Part shown: positions 1 to 13,149 of the stretch, one piece after another
How the letters are laid out: the number at the start of each line of letters is the position of its first letter
Position numbering within the stretch: position 1 is the first letter of the stretch
Origin: Lama glama
Lineage: Eukaryota
Direction of reading: 5' to 3'
DNA length: 64,000 nucleotides
Assembly (NCBI GenBank): GCA_028534125.1
Contig: CM052817.1
Span: 102,488,001-102,552,000 of the forward strand
Position numbers and translations under genes: made by a program
The notes under the pieces: generated by a model
The model's database searches: none
The model's input: the letters and a program-made list of their open reading frames with translations, nothing else
Told to the model about the DNA's origin: nothing

Positions 1-113
<113 letters not shown>

Positions 114-1536
114 TGAGGACGCCCCCTCCCATCCCTAACCTTTTCTCTCCCCTGGGTTTGAGCAGGGATTGAGTTCTAGACTTAGGAAGGAGTCCTCTGA
201 TCTTCCTCGGGGAGGCCAAGTGAATACATAAGTGGCAACGTGCCTTGCAGGATATCTCGAAATGCACAGTGAAAGAGTGTGGCAGTGCAGTACAGTTGCC
301 AGCGATGCCAGAGAGCTGCCCAGTTATTGCTGCGGAAGTCATCATGGTGTCCCCCAGCGTAGCTGAAATATGACAAAGGGCAGGTAAATGGGACAGTCAC
401 AGAAAATCTGTCACCCTGTGCTTGCAACTTTACCCAAGAATTGCAGTTGGAAGGAAAGTGTCCAGAGTTTATATCTAATCTATAACACTGTATAGTACAA
501 ATGTTGCCCCTTTAAAATAAGGACGCATGCAGTTTCCCCCTAAGCTGCAGAGAGTGAATTTCCTTTGCTTAATAATAAACTACCAAGATTCCCATTAAGA
601 AGACCTCCCAGGTAGATCCCTTCCTCCTGTGTCTGGGCTTCAGAGAAGTCTTTTCCTTGGTATTCTGAATTCTTTCAGTATTGGCTTTAATCCCCATCTA
701 GACTTCCTCATTGTTAAGCATCCTTTACCCACTAGTCCCACAGATAGGTTAGTTTGTTTACAGGTTCCCCAGAGATCAAAACAATTGATTTTCAAGAAGA
801 GCCATTAAATGTTGGAAGGTCGTTTTTATGGCTACTTTAAAAAGGAAAAAAAAAAGTTCGAATTTAAGATGATTACATTAGGTACAAACCCAAAGGAAAA
901 ACAGTGGATTTTTATTAACTTTTGAAACCTCTTCACTTGTAAAGTTAACATTTTAAGCCTGCAACTTCATTTGCAATTGGAAGCTTTCTCAGCCTTCCCT
1001 GCAGTGGCTAAAGAGGTATTGTTAATGTGTGCCCTTCACTATGAAAACCTGGGCAATCACAAAAGAAGCTTCAGATTTTACTCTTCATCTTAGATATTTT
1101 GGGACCAAAGAATCTGAGGCCATGTAACCAATTTTCTATTGCTCTACATCTTAATTTTTGGACCCATATAGGAAAATCTTTCCTCTGTGGCAGAGCAGGA
1201 AAGTATAATGCTTGTATACATCAGTGTCTAAAACTCTATAGATTATTTATAAAGCCGCGAGAGACTCAATCTAGGAATTATTTTCTAAGTAAAATAAAAA
1301 TACAATTAGAGCACTGTGCAGTGATTCAAGACTCACAGCTCCAGTCCAGGCCTGTCTAGAAATGAACTTCACCACATTTACAAACACTGGCTCCAAAAGT
1401 GTTCAAAAGGAAACACGTCAGATTTACTCAGGACCCAAAGCAAATCATTTCTCTAAGGAAAAACAGTATTTCTATCCCGTAATTAGGAGTTACCCTTTCA
1501 TGGAACACATATAGCACTGTATTACATACTTCTACC

Positions 1537-1540
<4 letters not shown>

Positions 1541-1582
<42 letters not shown>
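1541..1582. repeat. (CA)21 microsatellite in LRAT intron
   Basis: Perfect CA dinucleotide run read directly. Confidence 0.97.
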
Positions 1583-1585
<3 letters not shown>

Positions 1586-3009
1586 CAGTACAAGTGCTTT
1601 CTTAAGGTAGTAAAATATTTAATCTGCATAAACAACTAGCTGGAGTAGTTTTTCATCTTTGGAAAGTTTGGAAGGTTTCACAGAAGTAGAGAAGTGTTTT
1701 AATTGCTATTTGCTGCATAGCACCTCTTGTGAAGTTGAGTTTTTGTCCTCGCTTTGAATGGTCTAACAAACAGCTTGGCCACAGAGTAGATTTCCTGGGG
1801 AGGGGGGAGAAAAAAATCCCCATCCCAAATATTCCAATTCTAAGGAGTGTTTTTGAACATGCCCTAAGAGAAGTAGGTCATTAATACTGAAGGAGGACTG
1901 GTTTCTATTTTTCAGAAGCATAAGGAATGACCTGATTCTGGGACGAATTGTGGAGTTCTCCATATATACAGCTATTATCAGCTCAACAGGAGAGTTGCAG
2001 AGTTGCCTCTTAAATCTGAGTTTGTGAAAACTCTCAAAAACGCTTTCCCTCATGAAAACACTGCAATTAATATAAACATGAACTCGGAGAGAATCTTATT
2101 TTTTTGTAGTGATGCTCTTTTTTTTTATAAGTTTAGAAATCAAAAAATTAAACTTTTATATTACTGTTAAAAATTTCAGTGTTTCGTAAACTATAAAGCC
2201 CTTTAATTAGTAACTATTACTATTCCTTATCCTTTTTTTTTTCCTTTGCTGGTTTTCATTGCCAAAATAAATGCACAGACCCCTTTTAATTTCTGGGGAT
2301 TCAGTGCTCCAAAGTGCCCTTACAGGCTTCTTAACACCTAGAAATACAAGACATTTTCCTACCTTTGAGAGATGCCTCCTGCACTGACAGCCAAGTGAAC
2401 AAGACTAGGACATTCGAAATGAGATGCTCCTTGGGAAAATCTTTTGGGGAAGAGAGAGCCCAGAATGATACTGTGTAGGCCTTAATTAAAAATTATTGGG
2501 AAAAAAGATAAAGGAAGCATGACTGTATCAAGACGATATTCTCATTTACTTCAGTGTATACCTTCCCATTAATTGCTAAGCAACTTTCTCATTGTCCTGA
2601 AAACTTCATTCAGTTTCATTCTCATCACTTTTAAGATGGTGTGTTTGTAACTCAATGTCTTGTTAGTTTAGTTTAAAAGAGACAAATCATATAGTTAACA
2701 TATAAAAAGAATGACATCTGGATAACCAACAGGAAATTTTGTATTTGTTGAGATACTGTATAAAGTACGGACAGGGACAACTTTACTGTGAAGATGGTGT
2801 GTTAAAATATATTGAACTTGTGCATTCTATCCATTAAGAATTTGGAAACCTAGCTGTCCAGGACTAAACAGGCCACTATAGGAGACCCTAAAAGCATATA
2901 ATGTCATGTCTAGAAAAGGAGCTTAAAACTCATATCAAAATGGAGTAATTAATTGCTACATTCTGCCCTGACAGTGAGGAGGTAGAGATAATTGTCAACT
3001 AATATAGCA

Positions 3010-3190
3010 GTCATAATAATCATTGTAATACCTTACATTTATACAGCGTGCAGATGAGTACAGAGGACTTCTGCAAAAAAGGTCTCATTCGATCCTCATA
3101 ATAACCTCAGTATTCCCATTGCAGGAGCAGAGGGTAGTATGGACAGGTTAAATGGTTAGATGATCCAGAACTCAACCATAGCTATCTTCT
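3010..3190 (-). mobile_element. MIR SINE remnant
   Basis: ttacatttatacagcg...tctcattcgatcctcataataacctc...cccattgcagg...aggttaaatggtt resembles the antisense MIR core. Boundaries approximate. Confidence 0.55.
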
Positions 3191-3845
3191 CTGGAAATTA
3201 GTTTTCTAAGGAAGAAAAATTACACACATTAGAAGAATGCATTCCTCAGGGGTAAGGATCATGTTTAATTTATCTGTATTTGCAGCAGTCAATTTTGTGT
3301 CACATAACTGATTGTGAACATAACCTATTTTGGCAGGGAATGGGGTATGACAACCAAATCAGACTTTGTGTGCCTTTCGGTTTTGAGACTGATGAGAAAG
3401 TTATCATCATGAGTGTTACCAAACTGTAGGCTGGTGAGTTGTGGGAATTGAATTCACCAGGAATGATACACTAAATTCGATTTGCTCATTTAACCTTAGA
3501 ATATGTTACTGTTATCGAGAGGCAGTTTAATATGGTTTTTAACCTTTAATCCTGAATAACTTTTATGTACTTACATTTTCTAGTTTCCTATAAATGTCCT
3601 ATCTTTTCAAAGACAACTTTCAGGATTAACCTAGTAGCCTAAGTATCATTTCAGCTACTATGGGATGTGGCATCAAGAAACTGAACTATTAAGTAACATC
3701 TTAAATTCTTTCCTAAGATGTGAGAGAAATCTCCTCTGTCTGGCAGACAGAAAATAGCTGGGGAAACTCTGCTCTGCTGTTTGGGATAGGTGACTCTTCT
3801 TCAGTTTAGCCACCTTTTCTAATATTCTTACATTTTATTTTCCAG

Positions 3846-3998
3846 TTTTGTGAGAATGTGAAGATAATTATTCGCGATCAGAGAAGCGTTCTTGCTTCGG
3901 CAGTCTTGGGATTGGCGTCTATAGTCTGTCTGGGCATGGCATCATATACTACCCTTCCTGCAATTTTTATTCCATTCTGCTTATGGATGGCTGGCTAA
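3846..3998 (+). CDS. LRAT: LRAT last coding exon (C-terminal membrane anchor)
   Basis: Acceptor ttttattttccag|TTT. Translates [50 protein letters not shown] (TAA 3996-3998), matching the LRAT C-terminus and in phase with the exon ending at 83. Confidence 0.96.
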   Translation, partial: FCENVKIIIRDQRSVLASAVLGLASIVCLGMASYTTLPAIFIPFCLWMAG

Positions 3999-5729
3999 CT
4001 TCATGCCCCCATGTCAGTGTGTATTCGGTGTGTAGATACGTTCATATTTGTAGAGCACAAATCAGTATATGCATAGTCGAGAAAAATGCGACTGTAACAC
4101 TGTGTTCCGGATAAAAATGTGATTAAGAATCACGCCAAGTGCTTACCATGTAAGCCCAAGAACAAAAGGCTTTCTGAATCTTCTCAGGCAGTTCCATTTT
4201 AAAGCATTGTGCAAATCTTCGAAACGCAACAACTTCTGATAGAATGCGTCGTTACAAGAAAACCAGCCCCTAAGATGATGGCCACAGGAGATAATTTGTG
4301 TTATTATTATTGTTTTCTCTCCTGTAATCATTGCTCTTCTCTGTTACGCCTGAATTTGAAGATTGGAAAATTTATTGAATAAGATCACTAAGTTTATTGT
4401 AAATTTATGTTGCTTCATTGAGAAATTTGTATTAAACTCAAAAGAATTTCCCTTACTCAGATGAAAACATGTTTGATGATTGGCCAAAAACAAAATCACA
4501 ATTTTTTTTTCATGTATTATGTATAATTTCCAGTAAGTCAAGAATAATTTCATTACTTGAAACCATATTGGCAAAGTTAAGGTTTAATGATAAAGTAGTT
4601 GACCAGAACTATAGAAATCTGTGTTTTAGCTATTAGCGCTGCAGTATTATTTGATTTGGCTTTACTTAATAGGAGTCCTGGCATTCTTTTTTTTTCTTCC
4701 CCCTTTTATGTGTCACTATAGTTCCTTTAAACCACTCTGAGAGGAAAATGAATATAGGATTGAAGTAATCTGGGTACTTGGAGTGTGTGCGTGCCAATTA
4801 AATATACAGATATCCACATACACTCAGGCTGATGAAAGACAAGCTTAGTTCTTGATGGCTTTCTTATCATACAAGTGTGGTTAGTGTAAAGCATTGGTAG
4901 ATGTGAACGTGAAGGCACGTTCCATCCATTCACTTAGGCTCTTGCACCCCCGGTGTAACTTGCATGTTTGTCATTGGATGATTTATCTTTTAAAGCACTT
5001 ACTACTGTACCGTAGAATTTCTAAAAGCCCTGAGATTTGTTTTCTAGTCAGGCTTCTCCATTTTCACTGCTAAGTCAGTACGGTTTACATCCTTAAAAGA
5101 ACGACGCTTCAGCAGTATATAAAACCCAAACAAGTGGGACCAAAGGAAATAACTGTTAAGAATAATTTTTTAGTGTCTTAATGCCACCAGGCATGTAAGT
5201 TGATTACACAGAGGCCGTTTTCATATCAGAGTTGTGATGTAGCAGTGTTCAAGCCAGCATGTAAGCACGTTTGCAAAATGACCAAATTCTAGAAATTAAA
5301 CCACAAGCTAGACCTACATTCAAGTATTAAATGCTTTATAAAGTATCAAGAATCACAAGATAATGAGTCACATAATGAGTAGTATGAGGAGGGTGGAGTT
5401 GGTCACTCAGTAATCCAATCAGAATGAATTTAAGAGCAGATATTAGTGTATCTGATGCTTTATCACCACTAATTTACCTACCACGAATGTAGTGAGAGTT
5501 TAATAATAATTAACCTTTGTGTTTAATCATTTAAATGTTTTAAATAATTAAAACATAAAATGGCAATACCACAGGATAAAGTGTTCGATGGGCCTATTCC
5601 AGACATTGAAAATTATTTTTAGTGTGTCTACGTTACAAACAACCACTGTGAGACTCCACTGTATTAGTGGTTTTTCACTTCCTGTATATTATCCATGTAG
5701 CAATTGTTTAAATAAATTCATTTAAAAAA
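3999..5729 (+). other. LRAT: Probable LRAT 3' UTR with candidate poly(A) signal AATAAA at 5711-5716
   Basis: AT-rich, repeat-poor sequence after the stop; canonical hexamer just before the gap. The true 3' end cannot be seen. Confidence 0.55.
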
Positions 5730-6229
5730 NNNNNNNNNNNNNNNNNNNNNNNNNNNNNNNNNNNNNNNNNNNNNNNNNNNNNNNNNNNNNNNNNNNNNNN
5801 NNNNNNNNNNNNNNNNNNNNNNNNNNNNNNNNNNNNNNNNNNNNNNNNNNNNNNNNNNNNNNNNNNNNNNNNNNNNNNNNNNNNNNNNNNNNNNNNNNNN
5901 NNNNNNNNNNNNNNNNNNNNNNNNNNNNNNNNNNNNNNNNNNNNNNNNNNNNNNNNNNNNNNNNNNNNNNNNNNNNNNNNNNNNNNNNNNNNNNNNNNNN
6001 NNNNNNNNNNNNNNNNNNNNNNNNNNNNNNNNNNNNNNNNNNNNNNNNNNNNNNNNNNNNNNNNNNNNNNNNNNNNNNNNNNNNNNNNNNNNNNNNNNNN
6101 NNNNNNNNNNNNNNNNNNNNNNNNNNNNNNNNNNNNNNNNNNNNNNNNNNNNNNNNNNNNNNNNNNNNNNNNNNNNNNNNNNNNNNNNNNNNNNNNNNNN
6201 NNNNNNNNNNNNNNNNNNNNNNNNNNNNN
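5730..6229. other. Assembly gap (exactly 500 N)
   Basis: N run; the round length suggests a placeholder. Confidence 0.99.
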
Positions 6230-6273
<44 letters not shown>

Positions 6274-6310
6274 AGGAGGGAGGGAGGGAGGGAGAGATAG
6301 ACACACACAC
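6230..6310. repeat. Compound microsatellite (TA)n(GA)n(GGGA)n(AC)n abutting the gap
   Basis: Read directly; likely cause of the contig break. Confidence 0.95.
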
Positions 6311-7079
6311 CTCTTAGCAAAGAAAACTTAAGACATTCATTAGTGCCTAGAACTAATAGAGACAACAAACTGAAATCACACGTTAGTGTAGAAGAAAGCT
6401 CCTTAAGGTTGGGAATTAGGGGGCCTGTGTTACTGTGTAATTCTGGATTATTCTGGGTATCAAGTTCCTTCTTTGTTAAAGGAGAAGCTACTTGATCTAG
6501 GTTCTTCCCAGTTCTAAAATTCTGTAGGTCTGCAGAGTTGGTTCCTGAAAGTCGTCTTTTTCTTCCCTTGTCTGCCATTTAATCCCAAGCTCGATTTTAA
6601 AAGGAGGCAACATTCAGGGTTATGTGAGTAGAATGGCACCCAGCCATATCCATGAAAGCTGGTTTTACACAAGCATACAACCTGGTGGTCAAGCAGACCA
6701 CCACCAAATCACTCTCCACACTGATTCGTGTTAGAGTCCAGCCTATTACTAGGTCTCCTGATTCCTCCCATTTTATTAGGCATAAAAACCATTTAATCTG
6801 TATACATCTAGTCCTATTTGCAAATCTGCCTTTTAGCCTTATACCCACTCACCCCTAGCCCAAGTCCGTATTTAAAAAGGTCCATAATATTATATGACTG
6901 TCTTGGGTCAAGCTAGCAGTTTAAAACTTGAAAACTCTGAGAAAAAGGACTTTTACAGTGTATCCATATTCCCCCCAAGTAAGAGAAGTACGGAAGTTCA
7001 AATCGCAGTTCTCGTGTTTGAACGCCTTAACAAAACTCGCAGGTCTCTCTTCTGGGATCAGTCTCTGTCCCCCCGCCCC

Positions 7080-8240
7080 CTAAAACTCGCTCTTCTCGCC
7101 CCAATTGGCTAAAGAGTCTGTCACTCCAAGCACTTTTTTCTCCCCTCCCAAGAGCCATTCCCAGATTTAAGCCTTGGCCCCGCCCACTCCCCTGCCCTCA
7201 TCCCCGGGGCCGGTCACTGATTGGCCGGGGCGCCACTCCGCGTGGGGCTGCCTAGGTCCCCTGCGCGCGGCGCCCGCTGGGAGCCCAGCCTAGGCGCGAG
7301 GACCGCGCGAGCTCCTCCTCGCGAGCCCCCTCCCTCCTGCGCCGACCCCCCGCTCTTGACCGACTGGTCCCCGAAACGGTGGCGGCGGTTTGTGGTCGTT
7401 GGTCCCAGGGATTTTGGACCAACCTTGGAAGACCCGAAGGGGTGAGGAGGGGATGGGGGCCGCGGGGTCGCTGCCAAACCGCTGGTAACGGCTGGAGACC
7501 GTGCCTCCTGGCCGCAAGAAGCCCTGTCCGACCCGCTGTCACGGCAATTACGCAGAGGGGACTCACGCCCGGCTGGAGACGGTGTCCGCCGGCGGCGTGC
7601 GTCCTCTCTCCTAGCCCCGTCGAGCAGCGGGAGCACAGGTGCCTTTGGCAGCTGGGCTTCCCGCCCCGGGAGCATCTTTTGACCTGACAGCCCCTGCAGT
7701 CGCCGCTGGCGCCGCGTGGCCCGGCCGGCCGTCTGGCCCCAGCTCCGCGTCCCGTCGGGGCCCCTAGGCGGCTGCTTCCGCCCCGCGGCGCCCTGCCCTC
7801 TCTCCGCCTTATTTCCGCCCTCCCCCGCCGCCTTCCGGCCGCTTCCCACCTGCTGCGCTCCATGTTCTTCTCCTAACACTCTTGCTCCGTCGACCGCCGC
7901 AGGTCCAGGCCGCCCGCCTGCCCTCCCGGCCCTGCGGCCCTTGTCGGGCCTCGCGTCCTGTCTGGAGGCTCTGGAACGACGCCCCGACTGCTGGGTGAGG
8001 TTTGACATTCACGTCGTCGTTTCATCGCGTCCAACGGGGATGAGCCTCGAACTTTCCTCCATGTCCTTGACTCTCTCTTCTGTTCCTCTCCTGGTGCTCC
8101 CTTGCACCGGTGTCCGGTGTTGACGTGGCGGCCTGCGGGTGGAGGGGACGATAACTGGCCGTCTGCCCCGCGACACGCGGCGCGCAGCCATGGACGGGAG
8201 CACACGCAATACTGCCGTTTTTGTTTCCTAGCACCAGGCG
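7080..8240 (+). promoter_or_regulatory. RBM46: CpG island / promoter of RBM46
   Basis: Abrupt GC- and CpG-rich block in AT-rich surroundings. CCAATTGG at 7101-7108, ATTGG at 7220-7224, GC box CCCGCCC near 7179-7185, E2F-type TTCCCGC at 7658-7664, no obvious TATA box. Confidence 0.9.
7300..7441 (+). other. RBM46: RBM46 non-coding exon 1 (start approximate)
   Basis: Donor GAAGGG|GTGAGG at 7441/7442 within the CpG island, downstream of the CCAAT/GC boxes. ATG-free. Would splice to the acceptor at 19274, 11 nt before the ATG. Confidence 0.7.
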
Positions 8241-10228
8241 GTTTTAATTACTAATTTAAAAAATATTTTCTTTGGGGCAGTGGACGGGCTACTGAACCTG
8301 GAGTCAGGAGACCTGGGATTTCATCCTGGCATCGGTATTAATTCTGAGATCCTTGTGAAGCTGCTTGATTTATTTGGGCACCAGCTCATATGTGAATTTA
8401 GTTTAGCTAAGATTGCTGTTTCTTTAATCTCGCTCTCTTTACATTCTGGATATTCTGTAGTCTTTATCGTATATGGCGATTTTAATATGGACCAGTATCA
8501 CAGAGGGATCATCAGCAGGTGCTTTTTAAGACTTGGCTTCTTTTACAAGTCTGTTTGCGTTTGAGGATGGCTATAGAATCATGAAGCAAGGTATCCTGCG
8601 TGTATAAGTAGACTAACATATAAATAATATTCGCGTGCTGATAGAATTTTGGTTATTTAAGTAATAGGAAGATATTTTCAAGAATCACTACAATGTGTAG
8701 TTGAGGAGTTGGACAGACTTCCACTTAGAGCCTTTCGGAATTAAAGCTCATCATGGGCTCATTAATGGTGGACTCCTTTCCAGGGTACACGTTTAAAACA
8801 TTCTGTTTTAAAATTAGTTTGTTTGCAATTATTTGCTATTACAGACATAAAGATTATTAAATATTAGCAATGCCTTAGTTTCTGCTTAATCGCTAATTTT
8901 CATTTAAGAGAGTGGAGTATTGGACTTGAACATTATTGCCAAAGATTATAATACTTACCAACACTTGCTGTATAAAAGATATATTTTACTGAAATATAAG
9001 CATTACTGGATATATTAGGAGGTAAGAATTTTTACTAACAAGAATATGCCCAATTTAATGGACCGAAATTAGGTCTCATATTTTTAATGGTGTCACTTTT
9101 GTTATTAGGAAACTTAGACATGCTGGTTTAAGGAGGGTTTGTGACTACAAATCATGTAATTGGTGTAAAATCTGGACAGATTTGCGTATTAATGCTGGGT
9201 GTTGTTTCGCATTTTATTTTACTACCTGATGGTGAAGCAAGAAAATGAGGGAGGAAAATATGATCTTTGTGTTCAAATTGTGACAGATTTCAGATGACAG
9301 ATTATAGAAGACCTTTCATAAACAGTAGCGGTGTGTAATTGTGTAGTGTTGTATTAGAGTTTTGGTTCTGTTGTGGATCGCTTTATCCTAAGTTCAAAGA
9401 GCACACTACATTGCTATATTCTAAGTGATATCTTAAAAATTTATTATTACAATTATTTTTAAAGTAGTTCAATTTTTAAGTCTTTTCTAAATTTAAATTT
9501 GCCTTCCACAGCATTACTACAGGTTATGAAACACCAAGTACTAAAGCTTTTTAAAACTATATCTTTAACTTCTAGGAATAAAAATGTCTCATTCTTTAAC
9601 AAAAGTAATTAAAAATGAAATTCAGTTGATCCATCTATACCCTTTTATTTTGAAATAATGTTAGAATTACACATCCGTATACTTTTGATTAATCCTTCTC
9701 ATTTTCCAGCCACGTTAATGTAGTGCAGTCTGTTAACTGAAATGAATTGTTGCTAAAAAACCTCCACTGACCTGGCAAGCATAGTCTCAGTGTACCATAC
9801 TCACTGACAACTGAGCAAGTCGGGAATGTAATGCCATGTAATTTAAGGATGCCTTGAAGATCTAAATGTGCTTTCTATAAATGTATTTTGATATCTTAAG
9901 AATTAATGTTTTTTCACCATTACATTCAGTTCTTAAAAATCATAGTAAAATTTATAAAGTGTTCCTTTTCACATCATAAATTTTTACAGTAATTCAGAAG
10001 ATGAAGTTTCAATTTAAGTAGTTTGAACACAGCTGACACAAATTTCTTTAGATAAATGATTCTCATTTATATTTTGCTAAAATTGTGCTTATCATTTTTT
10101 CATTAATATATTTTCTGTTTTGAAAGGCAGTCAGAATCTGAAAATTTATATTTTTGTTAATCCTTCACATTAATGAAGATAGAGTTTGCATTTCAAGGTA
10201 AAGGCTTGATTCAGATTGCTGCTGGAGT

Positions 10229-10358
10229 GGGGAGGGTATAGCACATGCTTAGCATGCCCAAGGCCCTGGATTCAACCCCCAGTGCCTCCATTTAAAAAAG
10301 TATTAAATAAATAAACCTAATTAGCTCACACCCCCTGCCCCCCCCCAAAAAAACCCCC
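10229..10358 (+). mobile_element. Camelid tRNA-derived SINE (Vic-1-like) with 15-bp TSD
   Basis: GGGGAGGGTATAGC...GCTTAGCATGC..AGGCCCTGGATTCAACCCCCAGT (B-box-like)...AAATAAATAAACCTAATT...C-rich/A tail. CAGATTGCTGCTGGA is duplicated at 10212-10226 and 10359-10373. Confidence 0.85.
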
Positions 10359-13149
10359 CAGATTGCTGCTGGAATGTCTATCCTGTGATTGACTATGCTA
10401 TATTAGCCTTCTGTTTTATATCTTAGTGGGTTTTTTTGTTTGTTTGTTTTAGTTTTCAAACTGAGATGGAAAGGAACCTTTAAAAGTCTAAAGTTTGGGA
10501 AAAAAGATTTTCAGTGAAAGCTAGAGATTATATGTGCTGCAACAACTTTCAATCTACCCTTCCTTTTTTTTTTTTTGCTTGCATAAACCATGTATGCCAT
10601 TCTCTTCCATTGGACCCTTCTTCTCTTACTGAGGTTCCCTGGGTCAGCAGGGTAAGGAAGAAAGTTTGTAAAACACTTAGGACTGTGACTCCACAGCTGA
10701 AAGTGGCAGAGAACTAATTGGGCCTGGAAGCTTCAGTTGGTATGTCAGCTTTGTCATAATGTGTAGGATGGCTCTGCTTTGGAATTTTGGTAACTCTCAA
10801 ATTGATTCTGGAAATTTTGAGGTAAATATATTGTATGTCTGTTTTAGATTGGATTTGTACTTCTCTGGTTGAGGCTCTTGAATTCTGACTCTTTTAGAAA
10901 TATATCTTGGGTAAATTAAATATAGTCTTAATGTTAGATATTTTTAAACTTTCTTAATTTTGAATTAGATAGTTGTATATGTGACTTTTGTTTTGGAGGC
11001 TTTAAGATAAGAACATATTCCTTTTTAAAGATAGGATGGGATTGGTGACTCTCTAGTGTATCTTATACTTCTGTAATTACAAGTTTTTATATTTTGATTG
11101 AGATTTCTTGAAATATACTAAATATAGCATATGTTTCTATTATTTCTCTAGTTAAAAGAGTCTTTAATGTGGGGACTGGCCTGTTATTTCAACATGAGAC
11201 TCTAAATAATGTCCTTAAAAATATAACTTTAGAAACACGGATTAACCCAAAGTTTGTCATAAAGTAGTTGCAGGGGTGGGTTGGGTCTCAGAAATCAGCC
11301 ATTTAGAGCAGGCTATGCGTTACAGTTTTAACAACAACAAAAAAAAGTCCAGAACTTTTTTAGATAAAATGGAATCAGAAGCCATATTTATCTGTAGCTT
11401 TCATAGGCAGTAAGCTGCATGTGTAAGGTAGCATATTTAGTTCTAGAGTCTTTTTCCCTCATCCTTTTTCCTACAGGATGTTTTAAAAATGGAAACCTCA
11501 CACTTTCCTATTCTCCACATTGTATCAACATGGTGCCTTCAGTGTAATGGGCCAGTATGATGTCCTGTGGGATGTTCAGGCCTCTAAGGTCCCTCTAGAC
11601 TAAATGATGGAAGAGAGCCAGAGTTTATAAATCTGTGACAGTGTGAGCCCCATGTCTTTTCAGTTACTAGTTTTGTGACCTTAAGCAAATTTCTTTACCT
11701 TATTTACTCTTGATTTTCCTGTGTATAAAGTTGAAAGTGGTTTAAGGTCCAGTTGCAGTTCTAATATTTTCTTAATGTAAAGTCTTCAGGGATGGTATAA
11801 TGGCAAAACCTAGAATAAAAATAATCTTAAATGGAAAAGGGTAGTTTATCATTTAGAATGTGTTTAATTTTAAAGGAATGATAGTAGAAAAATTGCTTTT
11901 ATTTAAAGACAAGAGGCTGGTTAACTAATCTTTACCTCATAAATGATTCTGATTGTTAAAGAGTAACATCTCTTTTATTAGAATCTGTTAATAATACATT
12001 GATTTATTTATTGGATTTGTTGTCACATAAATGAAATATGTCCCTGAAGTAGTGTAAGGTACACAGTTAGCTGAATATACAGACTTAAGACTTTTCCTTT
12101 GATACGACTTCTTTCCTATTTCCTAGTTCTGCCATTTAATAAATGAGACCAGTTAATTAGAAGAATCCAAAAACTATATAAAGAGAAATGAGACAATACC
12201 TGCCCTGATGAAATGAACATGGAAGGAGGAATTCAGGAAAAGCTGGAGTGCTTTTCACCTTTCTTAGAGATGGGCCATTACAATATAGCTTTATTATTAT
12301 TATTTTAAAGTTTCTTTAGAATGTCACATATATCTATTCTACTAATGTGAATATATTTTTAAAATGAATTATCAGGACCCAAATTATGTTAATACGTGGA
12401 TGTTGTATTTCATTGTTAAGGATGACAGGATGTTGACTCAATGTTGAATACTGTTACTATTCACTGATCAGACCCTGGCAGTTTTCAGTTGTTTTCTGAT
12501 TATATATGGAAAGGTAGCTCTTAAATAAGCTTGCAAATATTAAAGTTGTATCTTGGAAGAAGGGGCTAAGTTAGGTCCTCTCACTGAAAGGGCACAAGTG
12601 GTAAGAGATCAGGGGGGAGAGGAGGAAGAAGTGGTGGGTTGAACCTAAAAAGGTGAAATTCAGTATGATTCTAAAATCATACTGATTTGTGGGGTTGTTT
12701 TTTTTTGACAGTATGCTTAATTTGCACTGTCAATATCATGCAGCTGTGCAGAACACTGATGTCTTTCTCGGTACTGATGGGCTTTCCCATTTTGGCCATC
12801 ATACTTTTAAGGAAAAAGAGGATAGTGAGAGAACATGAAACAGTACCATATAAGAAGCAGTTAGCACACCATTTTCCAAATGGTTCTATAGAAAGTTAAT
12901 AAAGGCACCAAGGAAAATTAGGGTATTATACTGAAATGTTTGGGAAACAATAAGTTAGACAAAGCTCTAAAAGGTTTATTTTAACTAAAACTTTTCATGG
13001 CCTTACGTATGTTGGTGTGCACTGTGGTATTCTTAAGAGGGAGGTATAGTGATTCTCGGATGTATTTAGGCATAGAACACATCTTTGAGGCCTATCTGTT
13101 AATAGCTCCTGGAATAATCATTTTAGAGACATCATTTTAGGAAATACTG

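Noticed and set aside
5708..6578. Long minus-strand ORFs of 194-286 aa
   Set aside because: Artefacts of translating the N gap and adjacent microsatellite.
7214..8234. Overlapping 60-264 aa ORFs on both strands
   Set aside because: Expected stop-codon scarcity in a CpG island; R/G/A/P-rich with no recognisable domain.
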